A DNA stretch of 64,000 nt from Oikopleura dioica (Eukaryota; Animalia; Chordata). Both the position numbers and the translations under genes were made by a program. The stretch spans positions 682,001 to 746,000 of the forward strand of contig OU015569.1 of assembly GCA_907165135.1 (NCBI GenBank), given 5' to 3'. Within the stretch, counting starts at the first letter, position 1. Each line of letters begins with the position of its first letter. Under the pieces are notes generated by a model. That model had not been told where the DNA came from. It saw only the letters and a program-made list of their open reading frames with translations, and did not search any database. Shown one piece after another: positions 36,296 to 50,947 of this stretch.

Positions 36296-36662
36296 ATTAT
36301 GATTATGATTGTCGCGAGTCTCGGGACAAGTAAGAGGAGGGATGACGAAAGTAGAAGGGTCACGTGATTGTTGTTGGAAGGAAAGCGTCTAATGGGATGC
36401 TGACGGTCATAGGGCGGGTGGTCGTTCGAAAACAAGTCGATGTCTGAGGGGGCATCTGGGGATCATGATTGGCCGCCAGCTCAGTGGGCGTAGTTGAGCC
36501 ACTCTCGCGTGATGCCACTGGCGAGACGGGAGCTCAAACGAATCGAGCGCGAAACGCATCACTCTCGACTCGGCACCACAACAACGCCGAGCAAATCCAT
36601 TTCCAGCAGAAAAGGCTACAGAAGTAGCTTTTCGAGAAACAACCGAAAAAAAAGCGACAAAA

Positions 36663-38557
<1,895 letters not shown>

Positions 38558-39049
38558 ATTTGCGATGACGATGATGATGACGAACCCTTCTTTTTCAAAT
38601 TCGCGTAGTTCAGTTTTAAACAACTCAAATTCACCCGGGCGCTGAGGCCTCCTCCTCGGCTCTCGCCTTTCACTCAAACCGTTAAAAAGTGCCACCAGGC
38701 TCGCAGGATCGCCGAGATGGCACCGCCATCTTCACCGCATCATTCCTACGTTTTTTCACCAAAAACGATCGGTGAGGATGCGCAGTGGCCCATCTCCCCT
38801 CGAGATTTTTATTTTTACACAGACTTCCTACGGCGCGCAAAAAATTCACAAAATTCAAAACTCGACAAAAACAAATTATATCTTGCTCTTTCTTTTCATA
38901 CAGTAAATATCTGTGTTTGCTCTTGCTGCGTACATTTTCTTTAAAAAAAGTGAACAACAATAAAGGATACCAGACATAATCGAAACCATCTGTCTTATCT
39001 TTTGCAGGACACAAGCAAACTAAACTATGGGGCCCCCATCAGGTTCTAA

Positions 39050-39700
39050 AGGGCTTAGATTAAAAGCCGCGTAGCGGCTTTCTTGGAACAGGAGCCGCTT
39101 TGCGGCTTCGCATCAAAAACATTAGAGTCTATTATTGGATACTACCGAAGGCGCTCTGCGGCTTCGTTTTTAAAAAAGCCGCTACGCGGCTTTTCATTTG
39201 AGCTCTTTATAGCCTGACTCAGGATTTCCGAACCAAGATTTTCATGGTTGTCGTTTATAATTGTCATTTTTTGAGTTTCAAATTGGAAATTTCCGCATTG
39301 GCAGATCAATTGGTTTGGAGTATGCATTCTTGTCAAATATTAGTTTTTGTTGAATTTATACTCGCCCCTTCGGATTGGCGAGGTCTTGGCTTTCTCATTT
39401 TCCCTTTTTGCTCGGTTCGCTTTTCCGCGATAAAGTTTACTGGGAGAGAAACACAGAAGTATGGCGAATAGGAGGGAGAAAGAGTGCAACTGGATTGAGC
39501 ATGAGTTCAATAAAAAGTAATTCAGGAATTTTTTTTTTTTAAACAACCATTACGAGCGGAGTTTTTAAAGTCTTCAAGGTCTAAAGCTGGGCTCGGCAAC
39601 CTGTGTAGAAAACCTGAGTCAGGTTCCAAAGAGCCGCCTAGAATTTCAAAGTAGATGCAAATCCTGACTCAGGTTTTTTTACACAGGTTGCGCAATTCAG
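39050..39700. mobile_element. Two Family A MITEs (~39050-39235 partial and 39587-39700)
   Basis: Hairpin cores and TIRs. Confidence 0.75.
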
Positions 39701-39809
39701 GCTTGAAATTTATTTTTTGATCGAATAAATTTCAATGAATTTTTGTAGCAAAACGACTTCAATCGTTCTATACGAATGCATTTTGCAGGAAAACTTGGAC
39801 ATTGGAAAA

Positions 39810-41216
39810 ATGAACGACGCTTGGGAATATGTTGTGCGCGAACATGAAGGGTTGACAAAAACGATTCGGATGGAAGAAACGAAGATCAGCAGCGTTTTCA
39901 TGGCTGCAAATCAAACCTTGGGAGAGTCGCACAAAAGGATCGAATATCTCAAGAACGTCGACATTCCTCGCTTTCTGGAATTGATCACAAATCAAGACGA
40001 TGAAATCACACTGAAAGCCGTTCCGTTCCGACTCTGGTTCGTCATCAACAAGGACACTTTATGGATCTGTCTCAAGTTGCCCCGCTCGATGGCGGACAAC
40101 AAGTCCATGCAGATTATTGTCAACGGTAACTTACGCATATTTTTTCTTCAGAGATTCATCAGTTTAAGAGCTTCTTCGGCACTACGACGAGGCTAATTCG
40201 CACCAGGGGATGTCAGTAGAGAATACTTACGAGGGCAAGATCTTCGAGACCCAAGATACCGAAATTGAAGCTCACGATGACAGAAAACAACAGCTCAAGC
40301 ATTTTCATGGTGGTCTTTCAATTCCAGTGTCGCGTGGGGAAGAATACAAAATGACGGATCCTTGTGGAGTCTTAACCGCATCAATCAAGCTACGCGAGGG
40401 CTACAAGAATCCAAGAGAAAGAAAAACTTTTATCTGCAAAGCAATGATTGCTTCTATTTTTGGAATGTGCGAAATGCGAAGCACATCTGTTTACAAGTCT
40501 ATCCATAAAAACCTTCCCCTGTTGGACTTTGAAGTTGACTTCGATTTCCGCAATCTGCACGGAAACTTTTCCGAGGGAAACGTATCTTACGAAAAACGAT
40601 AGGAAACTTTTCCTTTGATATTAACTGCGTTATCACGCAAGAGCAGAAGAATCAGGAAGCGAGGGATATCCAGGCTTATCTTTGGAAGCTGTTCTTCGAA
40701 GACGATCAAACCGAACTGATGACTCTTGAATCGCGACTCTTTCAAGAATACCCAGCCAAACGAGAAACACGCAAAGAGCTCAACTCTTCTCGTTCGACTA
40801 TTCGTCGCAATAATCAAGGATTCACGCGTTCCGTTGCCTTCAGTTTTAATTTTGTCGAAGAAACAAAGCTCAAGGCGCGAACTGGGAGGACTCATGATTT
40901 GTGTAAGTGGTTTTTATCCATGTAAAAGATTGAATCAAAATTAGGCGATGTTCAAAACGTTTACTTCGCTGGTGGGCATCATACGCCCTTGAGAGCTGCG
41001 TACATCGTCAACTTTACATTTATCGGTAAACGAGCATCTCTGTCTGTGCTCTATCCTCGGACGAAAGATACAAATAAAAATTACGAAGTCGCCGACTACA
41101 TATGCAAAAATATTGAAGACGCTTTCGACTATCTCGAGAACCAGTCCGACTTCAGTTACGCCACTTTGGACGAGTTCAAAAGACAACAGTCGCAGAGACG
41201 ATCGACTCATGTGTAA
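39810..41216 (+). CDS. Hypothetical protein (multi-exon); may splice into the downstream 3CxxC exons
   Basis: Long open exons (ORFs 39735-40196, 40210-40602, 40719-40925, 40989-41216) can be joined by short GT-AG introns. No family recognised. Confidence 0.6.
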
Positions 41217-41321
41217 CTGTAATTATTTGCTGTATTAAAATATTTTCTGATTGTTTTATGATTTGCCTCCTGCGACAGTTCGCACATTGCTCATCCATCT
41301 TTCCCTTTTTTACATAAATAG

Positions 41322-41858
41322 CAATAAAAATTTCCTGACTGAAACCAGACCACAAAAAGATGGGCCAGATCAAACGTTTTTCCAGTGCAAAACTTGCGAG
41401 ACCTCTTGGTCTTCAAAAGAGTATCGAAAACTCAAGTCGCAGTGTCCAAATGAGAACTGTGACAACGATGAATATGTCAAGGATATAAGAAAAAGAGAAA
41501 GTACTACGGCCGTTTGTTCGGCCATTTTGGCTGTAAAAAGTGTGCGAATAGATGGGCAAGTGCGTTTTCTTACGCTCGTGTTTGGCAGAAATGCAAGGTG
41601 AGGAGGAGTAAAGTCAAGGGTACAAGCAGGGCATTTTTTGTTTAGGAATGTTTCGCTAAAGCGACGCCGCACAACCTGATCGAGCATGAAATCAAGGAAG
41701 ACAACAAGAATGACCCTGGGAAGAAAAGAAAGCCCCACCGAGCAGATCTTTGCGGAATGTGCTCGTCTGGGACGCCCTGTCAAGCTGTTCGGGACCAGCA
41801 GCTTCCTGACGTTATCCAAGCCCTGCAGCGAGTGACTCTTGTCGAGCCGGCCCGTTGA
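41322..41858 (+). CDS. 3CxxC zinc finger (ZAR1/ZCCHC24-like) exons
   Basis: FGHFGCKKCANRWASAFSYARVWQKCK, intron, ECFAK...KPHRADLCGMCSSGTPC, which compares with ZAR1 PHRQDLCGRC. An apparent 1-bp deletion lies in the A-run at 41490-41494. Confidence 0.75.
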
Positions 41859-42699
41859 AAATAAACTGTTCTGTAAATCGAGTTTGTTAGAGTCTGTTAA
41901 GAGGCGACAGGAAAGAAATGAAAAATGAGCAAAGTTAGCGTTATTTTGTTTGAAGAGTTAGGGAGGCGTTTTTTGAAATCAAGGAAGAAGATCGACGCGA
42001 AACTTGTTCCCTTGGTATTCTTGCCCGTCAGTTTTTTCGGCTAGGTTTGGAAGAGAAAAGAATTTTCGGAAATTTTCATTGAAAAAATTTCATGAAAAAT
42101 GGTGGTCGGTGCCGACCCTAGGTGTTAACTGAGATCCCTTGCTTTCCTCTTGCAAGCGCTAGAAATTCTAGATAATCCCATGTTGCCATGGCAACGAGCC
42201 CTTTTCGCGAATCTCTAGAACTTCTGTTGACCTCAGGGCTAAAAACGCTGAAAAAGTCAGTTCGTCGAACTTCGACAGTCCGAAGCCGCCCGAAAAAAGG
42301 TAAATTTCTTCAGAAAAAAGCGATAATTGAAAATTTCTTCAGAGATCTGAAGGTCCAGCTTAGGCAGAAATGAGACGCTGGACCAGACTGATTTGAATCT
42401 GGAAACAGAGTCGAATTCAACCTGCAGTCGACGAACTCGACTGCGGAAGTGACTCTTTCGTCGCTCTCCTAAAAAGGACGAACAGCGAAAAACTGAACGC
42501 GAAATCGGCGAAAAGTCTGGACTTGGACCACAAAGTGTGGATGCTCCTGATAATGTTCATGAATAAAATCAATTTTGACAATCAAAAACCAGTCTTGTTT
42601 TCATTTCTTTTGCATTTGGGAAGGATCACTGTTGAGGAATAGTAAGGTACTTGTCGTGGAGTTTAGTTGGTAGACGGGTAGTTAGCGAGGAAACTGTAG

Positions 42700-42871
42700 G
42701 AATGTGTAGAAAAGTTGAGTCAGGGTCTGAAAAGCCGCGCAGCGGCTTTTAAGAACAAAGCTGCTTAGCGGCTTGGCAAAATAAACTTTCAAACCCTTCG
42801 TTTTCAAAAAAGTTTTCATTTGAGTTCTTTCAGAGTCTGACACAGGTATTCAGCGCAGGTTGCTAAGCCAA
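42700..42871. mobile_element. Family A MITE abutting the duplicated exon
   Basis: TIR remnants and internal hairpins. Confidence 0.75.
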
Positions 42872-42902
42872 TAGTCAAGGCAAGGCCCTTATTGTTGTTT
42901 AG

Positions 42903-43115
42903 GAATGTTTTGCTAAAGCGACGCCGCACAACCTGATCGAGCATGAAATCAAGGAAGACAACAAGAATGACCCTGGAAAGAAAAGAAAACCCCACCGAGC
43001 AGATCTTTGTGGAATGTGCTCGTCTGGGACGCCCTGTCAAGCTGTTCGAGACCAGCAGCTTCCTGACGTTATCGAAGCCTTGGAGCGAGTGACTCTTGTC
43101 GAGCCGGCCTGTTAA
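42903..43115 (+). other. Duplicated copy of the terminal 3CxxC exon with intact acceptor and ORF
   Basis: About 95% identical to 41646-41858, with the TTTAG acceptor retained and no upstream exon copy seen. Confidence 0.85.
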
Positions 43116-44043
43116 AAATAAACTGATCTGTAAATCGAGTTTGTTAGAGTCTGTCAAGAGGCGATAGGAGAGAAATGACAAGTGAGCGTAACTTTGTTTG
43201 AAGAGTAAGAGAGGCGTGGTATGTTTCGTGGTATGTTGTTTGTAAGTAACATCTGTCTCTGATCGATTTCGGGCGTGATTGACCTCTTGCGCGTGTGGTT
43301 GGGCGTTTGGTCTCGGGGAGCGAATATTTCATTTCTGCCAGCTGGTTTGACTGATCGCTACCTGCCCGCCGCTGACACCAGGGCTGCTCCCATCGATCCC
43401 GCATAAATTCGGCGGCTCTCTGGGCACGCAGCGAGCTGTGAAGCGGCGCACTCAGCGTGCCCAAATCATCGGACACAACTCCTTGTCCTGTCACGTGGTG
43501 GCCCTCACTTCTTCTTCCCTGCGAGCTGCGAGCAGGGAGGGTGAACCGCGGCGGAATCTGAAGAGAAGGAGAGAGAAAAAGAGAGAAGGAACAATCGATT
43601 CGGATTGAGGAGCATCACTCCGCGACAAACAAGAAAAAAGAAAGATAAACCTAAGATAGAAACGAAAAGAAACAAGGAAGAACTGAAGACATAGAAGACG
43701 ATTTCTGTTCCGAGCGGCTTTCTTTTTATTTGGAGTTCTTGAATATTTGACAAGGTACAATGGAGCGCCCCGCAAAATCAACTTTTTCATTTTAATTTGA
43801 AATTCCACTCGCTACTGGAACTCGAAGAAAAATATCTTTTTTCTTTCTCTGAAGGTCAAGAGAGATCCTCTCCACGGCGTGGTGGTTTTAGGATTTTAAG
43901 ATGCGTTTATTTCGCTCTTTAACTTTTCTCCTGTTTGTTGTCTATTACTATTTGAATTCAGACGCAAATTTCAAGCTTCCCACGGCTTATAGACAGAGAG
44001 AGAGTAGTAGAAGAGTACTCGAATTTAGCGATTTTTCAAAGCG

Positions 44044-45910
44044 CTGGGCTCGGCAACCTGTGTAGAAAACCTGAGTCAGGATTCGGAAGAGCCAAAATGA
44101 AAAGCCGCATAGCGGCTTATTTTTAAAGGAAGTCGCGAAGCGGCTTCGCCGAAATTACTGCAACAGTCTTTTTCGTGCTTACTCAGATTTTTCCGGATCC
44201 TGAATCAGGTTTTCTACACAGGTTTCACCGACCAGAGATCAGTGTAGCTTGTACTCTGGTTGACTGGGAATCCATTGCCCTGTGAATCATTTCCTCGAAC
44301 TGAAAGATTTAGAATCGCTTGGCAAAGAAAATGTAAATTCTGTTGATTTGCGAGAGCCATCTAATCATTTCCCAAAGTTCAAAAGAAAGCCCCCTTCGCG
44401 CTCGCTGAATGGGTTGCGCCCCTGCTGCGGACTACTCTTACTATTGATTTTGATAGCAGATTTCTTTTAAAATCTTTGCGAGCTTTTCATTTTTTCCGAT
44501 TAGAGATCCCTGTTTTTGAGAAAATTGAAGCTGTCCACGGAAACCTGTGTAGAAAACCTGAGTCAGGATCCGGAGAAGGAACGAAAAAGACTGCTTTGGT
44601 AATTTTGGCGAAGCCGCTCTGCGGTTTCCTTTAAAAGCCGCTACGCGGCTTTTCATTTTGGCTCTTCCAAATCCTGACTCAGGTTTTCTACGCAGGTTGA
44701 CGAGCTGAATGAAGAAAAAGAGTGATTAGGAGCATGACTTCCTGTCTGATCACGCGTGCTAATTTTGCCCATCCAAGCTGAAATTTCTTGCTTTTTTCTC
44801 AAAATTATGGAGATTTAAGAGATTACGAAGATTTCAAAGATTGCGAAGATCCTTTTTTGAAGAGATTTGGAATTTATTCAAAGAAGACATCTTTATTTTA
44901 TTTGAACCATGAATCGGATTTTTTCTGATGAGTCTCTCTTTTCCTCTCTTAGTTATCATAATGACTCCCTTATTTTATAACTCAAACATTTATTTAGCTC
45001 TTTAGTCTTTTCAAAGAAGAAATTTCAAATTCGAAAAGAGTTTTTCTATAAAAAATCACCGAAAACCAGGGCTCTAAGCTCAAAAACCTGTGTTGAAAAC
45101 CTGAGTCAGGGTCCTGAATTAAAAGGTGCATTGAGATAGTAATTTAAAATTACTGATCAAAAGATTTGAAATTCAAAGCCGCGAAAAGCCGCCGTTTTTG
45201 ACCCTGACTCAGGTTTTCTACACAGGTTTTTGAGCTCAGAGCTGTAGGATTCAATTTACTGAAAATCTGAAATCAAGAATTTTCGATTTTTTGAAACAGA
45301 AATTTGAAATTTTGAATTCTATTGTATTTCTTTTTCTTGCTGGCTTCTGTTTGTATTGGCGGCGAAATATTAGCCCCGTGTAGTTTTTACAAGATTCTCA
45401 GCGCGGAAATAAAGATTTAGAAAATATTCGTAAATATTATTTTTTGAATATCGCTTTCGATTTCTGTCTTTTGAAAGGAAGCAGCGCGTGTAACCTTTTA
45501 TTTGTAGCTCGCGCTACAATACAATTGTCAATTTTACTACGCCTCACACTGTTGATAAGACTCATTTGATCATTTTTCTAGAGAAAGTAGTAACTCTTCC
45601 TTTTATTTAACAAGAACTGTTTGAATCTGCGCTCGGAGACCTGTGTAAATACCTGAGTCAGGGTGCAAAAGAGCTTAAACAAATAGCCGCAGCGCGGCTT
45701 TTTGAGACAAAGCTTTTCGCTAGAAATACTTTCTCAACCTACTTTTTTATTCTTGTGTAGAAACCTGAGTCAGGATCCTGAGCAAAAATAAAAACGAAAT
45801 TGAGATGTTAATTTTGGCGAAGCCGCAGAGCGGCTTCGTTGATTGAGAGCGCTACGCGGCTTTTTATTTAATCTGTTTGAGATTGACCCTGACTCAGGTT
45901 TTTACACAGG
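44044..45910. mobile_element. Cluster of Family A MITEs (44044-44235, ~44540-44707, 45074-45239, ~45630-45910)
   Basis: Repeated TIR pairs and hairpin cores. Confidence 0.8.
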
Positions 45911-46243
45911 TTGAAAGATGAAAACCATTTTTTCGCAATCTGGAAAATTTCAAATTTGCGATTTGTCTTTGATTTGGAAAGTAGAAAGATAAAGTCAAAC
46001 TTCTTCTTTTGGAAATGTTTGCTGAGTAAATTGCGCACAAAGGACGGAAGTTTCATCCGTTCCCTGTCACCTATTTTCTGGCCGTACCAAGCAGCCAGCA
46101 TTTTCAGAGAATCTGAGAGAAAAAAGCAAGAAAGAAATTGGCCGCTAAATCGACCAGATTTTCTAGTCTATAAATTTGAGTTTGTTCTTTCTTTTTTGAC
46201 AGCGCTAGAAATTATCGATTCAATTGTTTTCAGTAGATTTTAA

Positions 46244-46520
46244 AGGTTAGGGTTAGGCTTTGGCCCAGAATTAGGGTTAGGGAAGAAATTCTAACGAAGA
46301 ATCTAGAAAAATCTAAAAATCGAAAAGCCGTTTGCGGCTTCGAAGATCAAAAGATAATAGCCGCGCTTCGAGCTGCAAAACTGAAAAGCCGCGCAAAGCG
46401 CGGCTATTATCTTTGATCTTCGAAGCCGCAAACGGCTTTTCGATTTTTAGATTTTTCTAGATTCTTCGTTAGAATTTCTTACTCTAACCCTTACTCTGGT
46501 CCTAAGCCTAACCCTAACCT
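46244..46520. repeat. Near-perfect foldback with TTAGGG-like repeats at both tips
   Basis: AGGTTAGGGTTAGGCTT at 46244-46260 pairs with AAGCCTAACCCTAACCT at 46504-46520. Arms are ~125 bp. Confidence 0.88.
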
Positions 46521-47007
46521 CCTTGAATAGTCGAAATAAGAAGTCTTCCATTAGTAACTAAAAGTTAATTTGTCAAATCTCCAAAAGGGATCTCAAAAGC
46601 TCTCAATTTTCGCCATTTTGATTAATATTTGATTACGACGGTTGTTGTTTCCGAAAATGAAATCAATCCCCGGCTCGAGGATGGGTTTTTACGAAAAGGG
46701 AGGGCGCAGAGCTTTATTATTTTTGCATCTCAGGGGACGATCTTCTCTTGGGATCGATTTTTGAACCCTTCAAGGCAGAATTTTTTGAGACTCGCATCGA
46801 TTCGCGCCCGTCGATATGGCTGAAATACATACGTATCACGGGGAGAAATATTTTTAATCGATGCTGAATGTGAACACCTTCTGTAGTAGTAGACTACTGT
46901 AGTCAAACTCCCCGCCGTGGGAAAGTGAGAAAATCTCCGTTTTTCCTTTTTGATTTTTACTTTTTCGAAAATGAAGAGGAGGATGAGAAGATTTATTTCA
47001 GAGAGAC

Positions 47008-48688
47008 ATGGCGCGCGCAGTCTACCTCGACAAAGGCGACGGATATGGCTTTCATCTCGCCTCGGAGAAGGGCATGCAGTTCATCAGACGAATCGTCGAA
47101 GATTCCCCGCGCAGAATGCAGGCATGCTCGAAGGCGATCGCCTCTTAGGGGTAACGTAAACTTTTTTGTAACTAGTAGTCTATTTACCAGAGTCACTCAA
47201 ATTACTGTAATTTTCACTAGAATTTCGATCGTAAATAAAAAATGATTGCTAGACATCGAGAAGCCGCTTGCGGCTTCGAGTTTATCAAAGATTTAGCCGC
47301 GCGAAGCGCGGCTTTTCTATCTTATATTCATCAAATCTCCTTGTTCCCAAATTAATTTTTCTTCTTTTTTGAAATCATGGAAGAGAAAAAATGATTCTTT
47401 TCAAGAGAAACTAAAGTGTATGAATAAATTTCATAAGAAAATATTGGTAATTACTAATTGCAGGTGAACGACGAGAATGTCATTGGACACAACCATTCGG
47501 AAGTAGTTGAATTCATCCGCAAATCTGGCAGCAGTTGTCGACTGGTGGTGATCAGCCCCTCCCCGACGCTAGACTTGACTGACGATCGCCAAATGATGCT
47601 CCAGATGCCTCGCGAGGTACGAACACCATCGTCCAAGTTTCAATCTTGCTCTTTCAGTGCGTTCTCGCGCGCAAGGACAAGGGCTTCGGCTTCGTGCTCC
47701 ATTCGGAGAGGAAACAAAAGACAAGCACGACGTTTTACATGACGAAGTTGCAAGAAGACGGCGCTTCTTGGGAAGCTGGCGTCAACAACGACGACAAAAT
47801 TGTTTCGGTACGCTGGTTAATAAAAATCGAGAAGCCGCTTGCGGCTTCGAGTCGAAAATAATAGCCGCGCCTTGCGCGGCTTTCTCTATTCTTCACCTAT
47901 ATTACTGAAAATTGAGCTAAAGATGTTAACAAAGCCGCGCAAAGCGCGGCTAAAATATGAGTGTATCGAAGCCGCAAGCGGCTTCTCAACATTTCTGAGA
48001 GAATCAATCTTCAATTGCTCTCTTGTCTTTTTCAAAATTGAACTAGATAGACGGCGAGCTGATCACTTCCGACCTCGAGCACGCAGAAGTCGTCCAGAAG
48101 ATCAAAGACAAGGTAAGCCAACTCTTTCTTCTTTTGCTAAAAATTCCCCAGAAAGTGATAAAAGTGGTGGTGGTGAATCGACACAACATGCTGGACTTGT
48201 CGCTGTGTCAGGCGCTGCGGGTGCCTGCTCTCCGCCGCGTGGTTCCAGAAGAACCATCATCTTCCGTAAGATCTTCGTTTTGAGAAAAATTTGTGTGCTT
48301 GTGTGTTAAAAACATAGTGATTGAAGGGATCACCAGTTCAAATCTTTGTTCACTCTAAATCAACTCTTATCTCCACTCTTTTTCGAATCGCTACAGTACT
48401 ACAGTAGAACTCGCACTAATCTTAATTTTTCTTTAAAATAAAATCTATCCTATTCAGTCGTTATTGGCAGCGGAGACGAGTGCGAGATCATCGACGACAA
48501 CGAGCTCTGCGCAAGTGCACGAATCCTCGACTTCCTCGGCGAACTCGTCCTCGGAGAAACAAGATCAAGAACAAGACGAAAACGGAAACTTTAGCAATAT
48601 CGACTTTTCCAGAATGAGCCTCAGCGAACTCAAAAGTACCATCAGGAAAGGGTTCACTTTATTAACTAAAAATAAGAATAGCAAGTAA
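47008..48688 (+). CDS. Two-PDZ scaffold, NHERF/PDZK1-like
   Basis: KGDGYGFHL..FIRRIVEDSPAQNAGMLEGDRLLGVNDENV..HSEVVEFIR and KDKGFGFVLH..AGVNNDDKIVSIDG..HAEVVQKIK. There is a 1-bp deletion in the C-run at 47105-47108 and the 3' end is uncertain. Confidence 0.8.
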
Positions 48689-48698
48689 TAATGCTAAG

Positions 48699-49465
48699 CT
48701 GGGCTTGGCAACCTGAGTAGAAAACCTGAGTCAGCTTCCGAAAGAGCTTAAATCAAAAGCCGCGTAGCGGCTTTTTAGAACCGAAGCCGCGAAGAGGATC
48801 CGCAACAGAATCATTCTTTGCGGCTTCGTTCTTAAAAAGCCGCTACGCGGCTTTTCATTCAAGCTCTTTCAGATTCTGACTCAGGTTTTCTACGCAGGTT
48901 GTCGATGGAATCGTCCATGTTCTGACGTTTCGCATAATTACCATCGAAAGTTTCCAACGCCAATTTACGCGAGAAAATGTTCGGAAAACTGCTCTCCTCG
49001 ATTTCCACTAGGGAGCCAATTCGAATAATAAAAGGTGAAGCCCGATCCAAGACTTGGCAAAAAGAGGCAAACGAAGGATATGTCCTGGGCGCAACAAAGA
49101 TCCGTCTTCAAGGACTTGTAACAGATTGGATATCGATCTCGAAAATCCAAAAAGAAAGAAGGAAATCGATCGACTCTTCCTTTATGTTTTTTCGCTAGCA
49201 AGTGCCATTGAATTTCAGCCTCAGACTCGGAAAGAACTCTTTCAGGCGCTAGAATTTGTAAATATCACAAACAGTCACCTTCGTTCTTATTAAACAAAAA
49301 CAAACAAAACAAGCTAGAGGCCTTTTTGAACTATTCAAAATATCCGTGAAAACAACAACGATTTTGAGAGAATTCTGCGTTGAAAACCTGAGTCAGGGTC
49401 CTGAAATAGCGAGTCCGTCGAGGCCGCGGCTCTTCCAAGACCCTGACTCAGGTTTTTTACACGGG
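48699..49465. mobile_element. Two Family A MITEs (48699-~48905 and ~49370-49465)
   Basis: TIRs and hairpins. Confidence 0.75.
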
Positions 49466-49896
49466 CAAAAACCGTTATTTTTTGATAAATCTCTTCAAAA
49501 TCGTTGAATTTCTTTCAGTGGACTTTTGAATTCAACATTTACAAGCTGTAAAATCTTAAAATCGTCTTTTTTCTATGCTCTTGAAATTCAATTCAATTTG
49601 AAAAAGAACAAACTCTGCCTAAAATGAAAAAACGTCTTTTATTACCTCGAAATTAAGGAGCTCAAAAATACTTCTTAGAAAAAAGCCTCCTCAAGTCGAA
49701 ATTACAGTAACTCTGATTTTGAACAAAACCTTACAGTATCTTCGCTCAAGCACTAAACCACTTTCTTTTCAGTTTCTCAACTTTGACAATTTCAACTACT
49801 GTGACTCTTACTTAAAAACTACTGCAACTAAATAATCATTTTAATCAGTTCCAAGATGAAAACGAAAAAATGTTTCTTTTTTCCTAAATAATCGCG

Positions 49897-50947
49897 TTAA
49901 TAAAATAGGGGTCCCATTTCCGGCTAAATACTTCTGAAAGGTTCATATTTTACCGGATTTAATATTCCTCAAGAAAATCCCCAACATAACGGATTCTTCA
50001 TGCTACAGCCTTGTTACTGAGCAATATTTCAGAAAATCCGTTAAATAGGGTTAGGGTAAAACCTTTTAACGGATTTTCTGAAATATTGCTGAGAAATAAG
50101 CCTGTAGCTTGAAAAATCCGTTAAGTTGGGGACCCTCTTGAGGAATATTAAATCCGTTAAGGGTAGAACATGAAATCGGCGCGCCGCGCCTCGCTCGCCC
50201 AGCGCCGCGCCGTGCCCTACTTTTCAGAATGCCCTAAAATCGGAACGGATACAGCTTTTCAAAAATTTCTTCGGATTTCAGATAATCAAAGCCTTTACTT
50301 TTCACAGATCAAAAATCAGCAGAATCGTCAAAGAATTAGTCGGAGAAAATGACATGAGTTGGTTAAACTCTATCTCCTCTCGCAATTCTAATCCGATTTT
50401 TTCAAATTTAGATAGATCGAAAGTGCTCCGTTAGACCTAAAAATTCGTAGTCTCAGAATTAATTTTGAAGCTTCCTCAAGTTCCACACGGCTTCTCAAAA
50501 CAAGTGCTTTCACGCCGCGCCGCTTCTTCTCTCACGCAGCGCGCCTCACGACGGTGCAGCTCTCATTTCAAAGCTCATATAAAATTTCATAAAGCTCCAA
50601 AATTAATTCTGAGACTACGAAATTTTAGGTCAAACGGAGCACTTTCGACCTATCTAAGTTTGAAAAAATCGGATAAGAATTGTGAGAGGAGATAGAGTTT
50701 AACCAACTCGTGTCATTTTCTCCGACTTATTCTTTGACGATTCTGCTGATTTTTGATCTGTGAAAAGTAAAAGCCTTGATTACCTGAAATCCGAAGAAAT
50801 TTTTGAAAAGCTTTATCCGTTCCGATTTAAGGGCATTCTGAAAAGTAGGGCGAGCGAGGCGCCGCGCGCCGATTTCATGTTCTACCCTTAAAGTGCGAAC
50901 TTTCCAGAAGTACTCGCCCGTTAAAATGGGACCTCCTATTTTGTTAA
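49897..50947. mobile_element. Outer palindromic element interrupted by a Kolobok-like foldback
   Basis: Left arm TAAAATAGGGGTCCCATTT pairs with AAATGGGACCTCCTATTTTG at ~50924-50943. The centre contains TAGGGTTAGGG near 50046. Confidence 0.72.
50161..50887. mobile_element. Kolobok-like non-autonomous foldback
   Basis: TTAA at 50157-50160 and 50888-50891. Termini GGGTAGAACATG...CATGTTCTACCC, with ~300-bp arms. Confidence 0.8.

Noticed and set aside
42113-42123. CCGACCCTAGG matching the end of the 20851-21422 element
   Set aside because: It is a single short match with no partner TIR or internal repeats.
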